Positions 17,309 to 25,579 of a stretch of DNA of 25,579 nucleotides are shown here, piece after piece. The stretch covers positions 1 to 25,579 of the forward strand of contig JAZRTD010000175.1 of the NCBI GenBank assembly GCA_045651845.1, in the 5' to 3' direction. The notes under the pieces are model-generated. The model saw nothing but the letters and a program-made list of their open reading frames with translations, did no database searches and was not told the DNA's origin. This stretch comes from Clostridia bacterium (GTDB lineage Bacteria; Bacillota; Clostridia; Monoglobales; Monoglobaceae). Position numbers and translations under genes: made by a program. Position 1 is the first letter of the stretch, and the number at the start of each line of letters is the position of its first letter.

Positions 17309-18637
17309 ATGAAACCGACTGTTGCTATTGTTGGTCGTCCTAATGTGGGAAAATCAACATTATTTAACAAAATAACAGGTAAGAGAATTTCTATCGTTGA
17401 AGATACCCCGGGTATAACTCGTGACAGGATATATTCTGATGCAGAATGGCTTGGAAAAACATTTACTCTGATTGATACGGGCGGTATTGAGCCGTTTAGC
17501 AAAGACATAATTCTTTCACAAATGAGACAACAGGCAAACCTTGCTATTGATATGGCGGATGTTATTCTGTTTATGGTAAACATTCGTGACGGACTTACTG
17601 CGGCTGATAAGGATGTTGCGGCTATGCTTCAAAAAAGTAATAAACCTATAATCCTTGTTTGTAATAAAGCTGATGCCCCCGGCGAACTTCCGATGGAGGC
17701 CTATGAGTTTTACAATTTGGGACTGGGTGACCCTGTTGCCGTTTCCTCAATCCATGGTTTGGGAGTAGGCGACCTTCTTGATATGGTTGTTTCATATTTT
17801 CCTGAAGATATAGAGGAAGAAGACGAAAGTGATGTTATCCATGTTGCAATTGTTGGAAAGCCAAATGCAGGAAAATCATCACTTACCAATAAGATTTTAG
17901 GCGAAAACAGAGTTATTGTCAGTGAAATCGCAGGAACAACAAGGGATGCAATTGACAGTAAATTTGAAAAAGACGGGCAGGAATATGTCATTATTGATAC
18001 TGCAGGGATGCGCAAAAGAGGGAAAATAAGCGAAGATGTTGAAAGATACAGCGTTGTCAGGGCTCTTGGCGCAGTTGAACGGGCAGATGTTTGCGTTATA
18101 ATGATTGATGCAACCGAAGGCATAACTGAGCAAGATACAAAAATTGCCGGATATGTTCACGAACAGGGTAAGGCTTGCATAATTGCTGTTAATAAATGGG
18201 ATTTAATCAGTAAAGAAACAAACACGATGAATGAATTTAAAAATCGTGTTAAAGAAGGATTAAACTTTATGATGTATGCTCCTTCAATCTTTATTTCTGC
18301 ACAGACAGGACAAAGAGTTGATGACCTTTTCGATATGATTAAAGCTGTGCTTGCGGAAAACACAAAACGAATCTCAACAGGTCTTTTAAACGATGTTATC
18401 AACGATGCAGTTGCAATGGTTCAGCCACCGTCTGATAAAGGAAAAAGACTTAAGATTTATTACGGAACCCAAAGCGGAGTTAAACCGCCGACTTTTGTTT
18501 TATTCGTTAATAATGCAGAGCTTGCACATTATTCATATATCAGATATCTGGAAAATCAAATCCGTGCTAAATTTGGTTTCGAGGGAACTCCTCTTAAATT
18601 CATAATAAGGGAAAAGGGTGAAAAGTACAATGGTTAA
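17309..18637 (+). CDS. der: Ribosome biogenesis GTPase Der (EngA)
   Basis: Two GTPase domains (GRPNVGKS/DTGG/NKAD and GKPNAGKS/DTAG/NKWD) plus C-terminal KH-like domain (PPTFVLF...GTPLKF); AGGAGG RBS. Confidence 0.97.
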   Translation: MKPTVAIVGRPNVGKSTLFNKITGKRISIVEDTPGITRDRIYSDAEWLGKTFTLIDTGGIEPFSKDIILSQMRQQANLAIDMADVILFMVNIRDGLTAADKDVAAMLQKSNKPIILVCNKADAPGELPMEAYEFYNLGLGDPVAVSSIHGLGVGDLLDMVVSYFPEDIEEEDESDVIHVAIVGKPNAGKSSLTNKILGENRVIVSEIAGTTRDAIDSKFEKDGQEYVIIDTAGMRKRGKISEDVERYSVVRALGAVERADVCVIMIDATEGITEQDTKIAGYVHEQGKACIIAVNKWDLISKETNTMNEFKNRVKEGLNFMMYAPSIFISAQTGQRVDDLFDMIKAVLAENTKRISTGLLNDVINDAVAMVQPPSDKGKRLKIYYGTQSGVKPPTFVLFVNNAELAHYSYIRYLENQIRAKFGFEGTPLKFIIREKGEKYNG

Positions 18638-19235
18638 ATATATTTTTATTCTAATTATATCATATCTTCTCGGCAGTATAAACACTTCAATCATTGTTGG
18701 AAAAATTAAATCAGGGGAAGATATTCGTAAATTCGGAAGCGGAAATGCAGGTGCGACGAATACCTTGAGAACATTTGGTAAAGCCTCGGCAATTATGGTT
18801 GTTTTTGGTGATGTTTTAAAGGCAGTTATCTCAATCCTGATTGCAAAACTCATATCAAACGAAGCTATAGCTGTATATATTGCAAGTATAGGTGTTATTT
18901 TAGGTCATAATTTCCCTGTTTTCTTTGGATTTAAAGGCGGAAAAGGGATTGTTGTTTCAGCGGTTGCATCTTTGTTTGCAGACTGGCGTGTTGGACTGGT
19001 TATTATAATCATTTCGCTTTTAATAATGATTATAACTAAATATGTATCCCTCGGAAGTATAATCGGCGCTTGTCTTATAGTAGTTTTTGGATTAATTTTC
19101 AGGGGCGTTGATGCAGAATTTTTGATTTTTTCGATTATAGTCGGCGGACTTGCACTTATAATGCACCGAAAAAACATAGTAAGACTTATTAAAGGAACCG
19201 AAAATAAGTTAAATTTTTCAAGAGGAGATAAATAA
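18630..19235 (+). CDS. plsY: Glycerol-3-phosphate acyltransferase PlsY
   Basis: YLLGSI, GSGNAGATNT, GHNFPVFFGFKGGKG and HRKNIVRL; polytopic membrane protein. ATG 18630 overlaps the der stop. Confidence 0.95.
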   Translation: MVKYIFILIISYLLGSINTSIIVGKIKSGEDIRKFGSGNAGATNTLRTFGKASAIMVVFGDVLKAVISILIAKLISNEAIAVYIASIGVILGHNFPVFFGFKGGKGIVVSAVASLFADWRVGLVIIIISLLIMIITKYVSLGSIIGACLIVVFGLIFRGVDAEFLIFSIIVGGLALIMHRKNIVRLIKGTENKLNFSRGDK

Positions 19236-19237
19236 TT

Positions 19238-20251
19238 ATGGCAAAAATCAGTGTAATTGGCAGTGGCGGATGGGGAACAGCTATTGCTGTGATGCTCTCC
19301 AAGAACGGCCATAATGTAAATTTATGGTCATTTTTTGAAGAGGAGAGCATCAATTTAAAAAAGGATAGGGAAAATAAAAAATTTCTCCCAGGAATTAAGC
19401 TTGATGACTCAATTTTTCTAACATCCGATATAATGGATTGCGCAGATTCAGATGTATATGTTATGGCGTCACCATCACACGCTGTAAGAAATACAGCTAA
19501 AATCCTTGCAAAGGCAATAAAGGAAGGCGAAATTGTTTTAAATATTGCCAAAGGAATAGAAGAAGGTACATATAAGACAATGTCTGAGGTTATTAAAGAG
19601 GAAATTCCTAATTGCAAAATTGCTGTTATGTCAGGCCCGTCTCACGCAGAGGAGGTTTCAAGAGGAATTCCTACAACAAATACAATTGCTTCAGAAGATG
19701 CGGAGATTGCAGAATATATTCAGGATTTATTTATGAACCAAACATTCCGTATTTATACAAACACTGATATTAAAGGTGTTGAACTTGGCGGTTCATTAAA
19801 AAATGTTATCGCTTTATGCTGCGGTATTCTTGACGGTATGGGATTAGGAGATAACACAAAAGCAGCCCTTATGACGAGGGGCCTTGTTGAAATGAAAAGA
19901 CTTGGTGTTTCCCTTGGCGCAAAAGTTGACACTTTTAACGGATTATCTGGAATCGGCGATTTAATCGTTACCTGCACAAGTATACATTCAAGAAACAGAA
20001 GAGCAGGCATTTTGATTGGACAAGGAAAAACTCTAAAGGAAGCGCAAGAAGAGGTCGGAATGGTTGTTGAAGGGGTCAAAACCTGTAAGGCTGCAAAGGA
20101 ACTTGCTGATAAAGTAAATGTTGAAATGCCTATAATAACTCAGGCTTATAATGTTTTATTTAAAAACGAAGATGTTAATACAGCATTAGCAAATCTTATG
20201 GGCAGACTCAAAAAAAATGAAAGTGAGGATTCATTCCTGCATAAAATGTAA
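19238..20251 (+). CDS. gpsA: NAD(P)H-dependent glycerol-3-phosphate dehydrogenase
   Basis: VIGSGGWGTA, SGPSHAEEV, GVELGGSLKNVIA, GLSGIGDLIVTCTSIHSRN and VVEGVKT. Confidence 0.97.
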   Translation: MAKISVIGSGGWGTAIAVMLSKNGHNVNLWSFFEEESINLKKDRENKKFLPGIKLDDSIFLTSDIMDCADSDVYVMASPSHAVRNTAKILAKAIKEGEIVLNIAKGIEEGTYKTMSEVIKEEIPNCKIAVMSGPSHAEEVSRGIPTTNTIASEDAEIAEYIQDLFMNQTFRIYTNTDIKGVELGGSLKNVIALCCGILDGMGLGDNTKAALMTRGLVEMKRLGVSLGAKVDTFNGLSGIGDLIVTCTSIHSRNRRAGILIGQGKTLKEAQEEVGMVVEGVKTCKAAKELADKVNVEMPIITQAYNVLFKNEDVNTALANLMGRLKKNESEDSFLHKM

Positions 20252-20265
20252 TGGAGGTTGATTAA

Positions 20266-20748
20266 ATGGATATTTTAACATATCTTAAAAAAGGTGCTTT
20301 TTTAACTGCTTCTTATGAAGATAAAGTAAACACTATGACCATTTCATGGGGAAATATTGGAATTGAATGGGGAGAAGATGTATTTGTTACTCTTGTCAGA
20401 GACAGTAGATTTACCAAAGAATTTATTGATAAATCAGGGAAATTTACTGTTACAATACCTAAAGATGAGTCTCTAAAATCAGAACTCTCGTTCTGCGGGA
20501 CAAAATCAGGCAGAGATTTTGATAAAATAAAAGAATGCGGTTTAAGTCTTGGAAAATCAAAAACAATAGACGTCCCATATATTAAATGCAACGCTATTAT
20601 CATTGAATGTGAAGTTATGTATGCACAAAGAATGGATGAAAATTGTATGAGTGATTGGTTTAAAGAAAAGTTTTATAGTTCAGGCGACATTCATACGCTT
20701 TACCACGGAAAAATTTTAAATATGTATGAGGTTAACGGTGAAGATTAA
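20266..20748 (+). CDS. Flavin reductase-like (FMN-binding split-barrel, flavoredoxin-type) protein
   Basis: NTMTISWG, VRDSRFTKEFI, FCGTKSGRDFDK and HTLYHGKI are characteristic of this family; GGAGGT RBS. Confidence 0.82.
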   Translation: MDILTYLKKGAFLTASYEDKVNTMTISWGNIGIEWGEDVFVTLVRDSRFTKEFIDKSGKFTVTIPKDESLKSELSFCGTKSGRDFDKIKECGLSLGKSKTIDVPYIKCNAIIIECEVMYAQRMDENCMSDWFKEKFYSSGDIHTLYHGKILNMYEVNGED

Positions 20749-21334
20749 TTATCAGCTTGAACTTGATAAAATCATTAAAAATTTAAATGGCGAAAAACCT
20801 AAACTGCTTATTCATAGCTGCTGTGCCCCATGTTCAAGCTACGTTCTTGAATATTTAACTGAATATTTTGATATAACCGTTTTATATTATAACCCTAATA
20901 TTTATCCTGAAAATGAGTTTAAAAAGAGACTTTTGGAGCAAAAAAAACTCATCTTGGAAATGGGTCATAAAATTGATGTAATCGATGCCGGTTATGATTT
21001 AGATGAGTTTTATTCTGCTGTTAAGGGGCTGGAAAACGAGCCGGAGGGCGGAAAAAGATGCGAAAAATGTTTTTTCCTTCGTCTTGACAAAACCGCACAG
21101 CTTGCAAAGGATGGGAATTTTGATTATTTTACAACAACCCTTACAATCAGTCCATTGAAAAATGAACAAATCCTTAACCAAATTGGGGGTCAGTTATCAA
21201 AAAAATACAAAGTTCCCTATTTGTACTCTGATTTCAAAAAGAAGAATGGGTATAAAAGGTCCATAGAACTATCAAAAAAATACGAATTATACAGGCAGAA
21301 TTATTGTGGATGTGTCTACTCTCAAGGCATCTAA
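20738..21334 (+). CDS. queH: Epoxyqueuosine reductase QueH (DUF208)
   Basis: LIHSCCAPCS, YYNPNIYP, EPEGGKRCEKCF, TTTLTISPLK and YRQNYCGCVYS. GTG 20738 (GAGG 7 nt upstream) preferred; ATG 20726 is the alternative. Confidence 0.92.
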   Translation: MKINYQLELDKIIKNLNGEKPKLLIHSCCAPCSSYVLEYLTEYFDITVLYYNPNIYPENEFKKRLLEQKKLILEMGHKIDVIDAGYDLDEFYSAVKGLENEPEGGKRCEKCFFLRLDKTAQLAKDGNFDYFTTTLTISPLKNEQILNQIGGQLSKKYKVPYLYSDFKKKNGYKRSIELSKKYELYRQNYCGCVYSQGI

Positions 21335-21360
21335 AAAGACAGCATAGGCTGTCTTTTTTT
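21333..21360 (+). terminator. Intrinsic terminator after queH
   Basis: AAAAAGACAGC-ATAG-GCTGTCTTTTT followed by further Ts. Confidence 0.9.
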
Positions 21361-21420
21361 GTTCTATACAATATGTTGTCCGCATAATATTTATTATAAT
21401 ATGCGGAGAGGATGAACTGA

Positions 21421-24006
21421 ATGGAAGAATACATAGGATTAACCAGCATGGAAGCGGAAGAGTCTAAATCTAAATATGGAACAAATATAATTCCCGAAAA
21501 AGATAAAACAACAATCTGGATGAAATTCTGGATGAATTTTAATAATCCTATTATAACTATTTTGCTTGTATCCTTGGGAATAAACCTATTTTTTACTTTT
21601 TTAGGCAAGGTTGACTGGTTTGAATGTGTCGGTATTTTTGCATCTGTTATTATTTCAACATTTGTAAGTACATTATCCGAATATAAAAACGAAAATACTT
21701 TTCAGAAACTTCAAAATGAGGCTTCAAGAATTAACTGTAAAGTATACAGAGATAAAAAGCTTTGTGAAATTTCTATTGAAGATATCGTTATAAATGATAT
21801 GGTGTTGTTACAGTCAGGAGATGTAATTCCTGCAGATGGATTTATTATATCAGGAAGTATCAAAGTTGACCAGTCATCATTAAACGGGGAAACTAAAGAA
21901 GTTGAAAAAAACAGTAACGCTTTAGACGAAGTATCCTCTGGATTTTGGAATAATAAAAATGTATTTCGCGGGTCTGTTGTATGCGAAGGTCAGGCGATTA
22001 TGAAGGTTTCTGCAATAGGCGAAAGTACATTATATGGTAAACTTTCCATTGAGACACAGATAAAAGAACATCAAAGCCCGCTTAACTTAAAGCTTTCAAA
22101 GCTTGCAAAAGACATAAGTAAGTTCGGATATATTGGCGCAATCTTAGTTTTTATACTGTTTATGTTTTACAAATCTGTTGTTTTAAATGATTTTACGCCA
22201 ATATTAGTTAAAGAATACATTCTAGATTTCCCTCAACTTATTTCTGATTTGGTTGAGGCAGTTATAATGTGTGTTACTATATTGGTTGTTGCCGTTCCTG
22301 ACGGACTTCCTTTGATGATTGCAATTGTATGTTCCTTAAATATGAGAAAAATGCTTAAGGATAATGTATTAGTCAGGAAAATTATCGGGATAGAAACATC
22401 GGGCGGGCTTAATGTTCTTTTTACAGATAAAACCGGAACACTTACAAAAGGAAGGCTTTCTGTGACTCATTTTATAGATGGAAATAATATTCTTTATGAT
22501 AATATAATCCAATTACCTGAAAAACTCCTAAAATTTATGCTTATTTCAATTATTTACAATTCAGGCACAACCATTAACGGCAAAAAAACTATCGGGGGAA
22601 ATGCAACAGAAAAGGCATTATCCGAACATATTATTAATTATCACAAATTTCAATTTAACATTAAAAAATATGACGAAGTTCTATTTTCAAGCAAAAACAA
22701 ATTTTCTCAGTGCTGTGTTAGCGGAGAGTATAATTTAAAGCTTATAAAAGGTGCACCTGAAATAATTTTACCAAAATGCAATAAATATCTAAATAAAGAT
22801 GGAACACCAAAACCTTTTTCAAAACATTTAATTCAAAAGAGAATTAATGATTTTGCAAACAATGCGGAGCGAATTATTGCATTTGCATATTCCGATTCTT
22901 TAAATCCGGAAGAATTAATATTTTTAACCGCAGTAACGATAAAAGATGAAATTAGAAGAAATGTTAAAGAATCTGTAAATGATGTTAAGAGGGCCGGAAT
23001 TAAGGTTATTATGATAACCGGAGATAAAAAAGAAACCGCCGTTTCTATCGCAAGAGAATGTAGTATAATTGATTCTGAAAAGGATATTGTTCTGGTATCG
23101 GAAGATTTGAGCAAAATGTCTGATAATGATGTGAAAGAAATTTTGCCTGATTTATGCGTTGTTGCACGAGCTGTCCCGTCAGATAAAAGCAGACTAGTCC
23201 GTCTTGCCCAGGAGTTGGGAATGGTGACGGGAATGACCGGAGACGGGGTAAACGATGCCCCTGCACTAAAAAGTGCTGATATTGGATTTGCCATGGGAAG
23301 CGGAACTGATATTGCAAAAGAATCAGGAGATATTGTTATTCTTGATGATAATTTTAATTCAATAAAAAAAGCAGTATTATACGGCAGGACGATATATAAA
23401 AGTATAAAGAAATTTATAACATTTCAATTAACCATAAATATTGCGGCGGTATCAATTTCTGTGTTTAGTTTTTTGTTTGGGGTAATTAAGCCGCTCAGTA
23501 TAACTCAAATGCTTTGGGTAAATTTATTGATGGATACCCTTGCAGCAATTGCTTTTGGAGGCGAGGCTGCTCTAAAAAAATATCTCAAAGAAAAACCTAT
23601 AAAAAGAAATTCGCCGATTCTTGACAAAAAGATGTGGAATGCCATTTTAATAAACGGCGGATTTATTACATTAATAAGTATATTTTTCTTTATTTCAGAT
23701 AAAATTCGTTTAATGTTTGAGTCAAACAGTTTTTATACAGGATATTTTAATTTTTTTGTTTTCGCCAGCGTATTTAATGCATTTAATACAAGGGCTGACG
23801 GCATTGATTTAACAGAAAATCTTTCATCAAATAAAAGATTTATTATTGTTATGGGTTTAATTTCGATTATTCAGGTTATAATGACCTATTTTGGCGGAGA
23901 AGTATTAAGGACGCACGGCCTTGAACTTAAAGAATGGCTTGTTGTCTTTGGTCTGTCAATTTTGATTATTCCTTTGGACTTTATCAGAAAAATAATAACT
24001 AAATAA
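21421..24006 (+). CDS. P-type ATPase, PMCA-like (P2B, putative Ca2+-translocating)
   Basis: Phosphorylation motif DKTGT (Asp336), KGAPE, MITGD, GDGVNDAPAL, M5 FQLTIN and M6 WVNLLMDT. Variant motifs LNGET (A domain) and PDGLP (M4). Confidence 0.9.
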   Translation: MEEYIGLTSMEAEESKSKYGTNIIPEKDKTTIWMKFWMNFNNPIITILLVSLGINLFFTFLGKVDWFECVGIFASVIISTFVSTLSEYKNENTFQKLQNEASRINCKVYRDKKLCEISIEDIVINDMVLLQSGDVIPADGFIISGSIKVDQSSLNGETKEVEKNSNALDEVSSGFWNNKNVFRGSVVCEGQAIMKVSAIGESTLYGKLSIETQIKEHQSPLNLKLSKLAKDISKFGYIGAILVFILFMFYKSVVLNDFTPILVKEYILDFPQLISDLVEAVIMCVTILVVAVPDGLPLMIAIVCSLNMRKMLKDNVLVRKIIGIETSGGLNVLFTDKTGTLTKGRLSVTHFIDGNNILYDNIIQLPEKLLKFMLISIIYNSGTTINGKKTIGGNATEKALSEHIINYHKFQFNIKKYDEVLFSSKNKFSQCCVSGEYNLKLIKGAPEIILPKCNKYLNKDGTPKPFSKHLIQKRINDFANNAERIIAFAYSDSLNPEELIFLTAVTIKDEIRRNVKESVNDVKRAGIKVIMITGDKKETAVSIARECSIIDSEKDIVLVSEDLSKMSDNDVKEILPDLCVVARAVPSDKSRLVRLAQELGMVTGMTGDGVNDAPALKSADIGFAMGSGTDIAKESGDIVILDDNFNSIKKAVLYGRTIYKSIKKFITFQLTINIAAVSISVFSFLFGVIKPLSITQMLWVNLLMDTLAAIAFGGEAALKKYLKEKPIKRNSPILDKKMWNAILINGGFITLISIFFFISDKIRLMFESNSFYTGYFNFFVFASVFNAFNTRADGIDLTENLSSNKRFIIVMGLISIIQVIMTYFGGEVLRTHGLELKEWLVVFGLSILIIPLDFIRKIITK

Positions 24007-24042
24007 AAGAGGAAAACACCCATTTTAGGGTGTTTTCCTCTT
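24007..24042. terminator. Probable shared terminator between the convergent ATPase and comEC genes
   Basis: AAGAGGAAAACACCC-ATTTTA-GGGTGTTTTCCTCTT perfect 15-bp stem; the comEC stop (24025-24027) lies in the loop. Confidence 0.85.
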
Positions 24043-25578
24043 ACAAAACCACATTTTAAATGCTTTTAGAATTAGCCATATTATATAAATTACTATAATA
24101 TAAATTGAGATAGCATATCCCGATGGTTTTGGTACGGAAAATGATAAAAACGGAATAGAGGAAGACAGATTTGTCGTTTTTATGATAAGGTCTACCGACG
24201 ATGCCAAAGGATATAAAAATGGGATCAATATTGTTTTTGGCAAAAATAATGATAACAACAAGCAGACATATCCTAATATTAATACAACTGAACATAAAGG
24301 AACAACCCATAAATTAGCGATGAGCGAAAATACAGATACATTATTAAAATAAAATGCTATAATCGGTGCTGTTCCAATAAAAGCAGCTAAAGATACACAA
24401 AATGAGCTTATAATAAATTTAAACTTATTTTTAGTAAGTTTTATTATACATTCATATAGTATAGGGTATAACACTATTATTGAAAAGGTTGCAGTGAATG
24501 AAAGTATAAAGCTTATACTAAAAAGTATGTATGGATTATATAATAAAATAATAAATGCTGAAATAAACAGTGCAGTCAGGGAATCATATTGCCGTTTAAA
24601 CATAGATGCAAGCATTGTTATTATAAGCATAATTGATGCTCTTGTTACGGATGGAGTAAACCCAACAACCGAAGAGAAAATAAGTATAATGGGAAGTAAT
24701 AAAATTAAAGAATATTTTCTCCGTATTCGTAACATAACAAGCAGTCCGGAAATTACACCTATTAAAATGTTAAGGTGAAGCCCCGATACCGCAGTTATAT
24801 GAGAAATACCTGTTTTTGAAAAATTTTCTGTAAGTTCTTCAGAAAAATCATCTTTGTTACCAAGCATTATTCCTTTAATAACTGCATTTGCATCTATATC
24901 ATAAGAAAACACTTCATTAGCTTTATTTTCAAAGAATGTGTTTAGTTCACGACCTAAGTATTTAAATCTTTTAACAAAATTTTCATTGGAGGAAGAGGAG
25001 TCATCAAGATACATAACCTTCGTAAAGCCGGTAACATAAATATTTTTCGTTTTAAGATATCTGACATAATCAAAATCATTTTTCATATTTTCTGTTTTTA
25101 AAGGCGTAGTATAAAAGAACACTTTATCATTAATTTGAGGAAATTTATTTTGCCAGGTATCAACATAAATCTTAATTTTCCCTGACACCTCTCTTTTATT
25201 GTTAATTTTTTCACAATCACTTAATTCAACATCCACCGCATAATAAGTTCCTTTTTCTGTGATCATTGGAGAAGAGGTAACAGTTCCATATAACCATAAA
25301 TTTTCATTAATTTTTGCTCTTAAATCAGCTTGTTTGTATGTATTCGTGTAATTTAAATAAAAAGCTCCTGATATATACGAAATTATACTAAATATCAAAA
25401 CAAGTCCGTATATCATATGTTTTTGTTTAAGAAAAATTATAAAAATAAAACAAGAAATAAGTATAAGAGATAATGTAAAATTATTAACAAATTGTAGACC
25501 AAATATTTCAGCACTAAATATGCCAATAATAAAAAATAAAATAAATTTAACAGTTAATCTTGAAGATAAATTTTTAAT
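24025..25578 (-). CDS. comEC: ComEC/Rec2-family DNA-uptake channel (5' truncated by window edge; no C-terminal metallo-beta-lactamase domain)
   Basis: GISHITAVSGLHL, GFTPSVTRASIM, SFILSFTA and ANLWVVP competence-domain motifs, preceded by an OB/DUF4131-like region (LYGTVTSSP). The frame has no stop upstream of ATG 25416 and continues as hydrophobic sequence (...KFILFFIIGIFS...) to the window end. Confidence 0.9.
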   Translation of the reverse strand: MKNLSSRLTVKFILFFIIGIFSAEIFGLQFVNNFTLSLILISCFIFIIFLKQKHMIYGLVLIFSIISYISGAFYLNYTNTYKQADLRAKINENLWLYGTVTSSPMITEKGTYYAVDVELSDCEKINNKREVSGKIKIYVDTWQNKFPQINDKVFFYTTPLKTENMKNDFDYVRYLKTKNIYVTGFTKVMYLDDSSSSNENFVKRFKYLGRELNTFFENKANEVFSYDIDANAVIKGIMLGNKDDFSEELTENFSKTGISHITAVSGLHLNILIGVISGLLVMLRIRRKYSLILLLPIILIFSSVVGFTPSVTRASIMLIITMLASMFKRQYDSLTALFISAFIILLYNPYILFSISFILSFTATFSIIVLYPILYECIIKLTKNKFKFIISSFCVSLAAFIGTAPIIAFYFNNVSVFSLIANLWVVPLCSVVLILGYVCLLLSLFLPKTILIPFLYPLASSVDLIIKTTNLSSSIPFLSFSVPKPSGYAISIYIIVIYIIWLILKAFKMWFCKRKTP

Positions 25579-25579
25579 A

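Noticed and set aside
11690-20251. plsC, plsY and gpsA clustered with cmk, ispH-rpsA and der as a possible novel lipid-ribosome system
   Set aside because: cmk-plsC-ispH/rpsA and der-plsY-gpsA are well-known conserved clostridial gene strings; their proximity is not new.
606-24778. Other 60-155 aa alternative-frame and antisense ORFs in the track (e.g. 8286-8750, 17710-18123, 19189-19617, 22833-23294, 24494-24778)
   Set aside because: All lie within or largely overlap well-supported genes and show no recognisable motifs or expression signals.
1-25579. CRISPR array, IS/transposase, integrase, prophage, rRNA/tRNA or defence system
   Set aside because: No regularly spaced repeats, terminal inverted repeats, recombinase motifs or structured RNA genes were seen; nearly all the sequence is accounted for by housekeeping CDSs.

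Overview
AT-rich (about one third GC by eye) core-genome region of a Clostridia-like Firmicute (taxonomy inferred from gene content and order). Nearly all genes are on the + strand: polA (3' end), coaE, lytic transglycosylase, M18 aminopeptidase | proS, cdaA, cdaR, COG2509-type FAD oxidoreductase | glmM | decayed HAD-hydrolase remnant, ychF, small hypothetical, cmk, plsC, ispH-rpsA fusion | murD, DUF512 radical-SAM protein, der, plsY, gpsA, flavin-reductase-like protein, queH | PMCA-like P-type ATPase. A convergent comEC lies on the - strand and is open to the right edge. Several near-consensus sigma-A promoters and intrinsic terminators are visible. I found no mobile element, CRISPR array, rRNA, tRNA or riboswitch, and I cannot support a claim of a new multi-gene system. 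The notable signals are local: (1) a 252-nt tandem duplication giving S1 five domains; (2) a strong internal Shine-Dalgarno inside the ispH-rpsA fusion; (3) an oxidoreductase splitting the cdaA-cdaR-glmM operon, with a perfect 17-bp inverted repeat carrying the glmM -35 box; (4) a HAD pseudogene missed by the ORF track, still behind an intact promoter; (5) a P-type ATPase with PDGL in place of PEGL; (6) a flavin-reductase-like gene overlapping queH. Some starts were moved from the ORF track where RBS spacing supports a different codon. All family assignments come from motif recognition; no database search was run.
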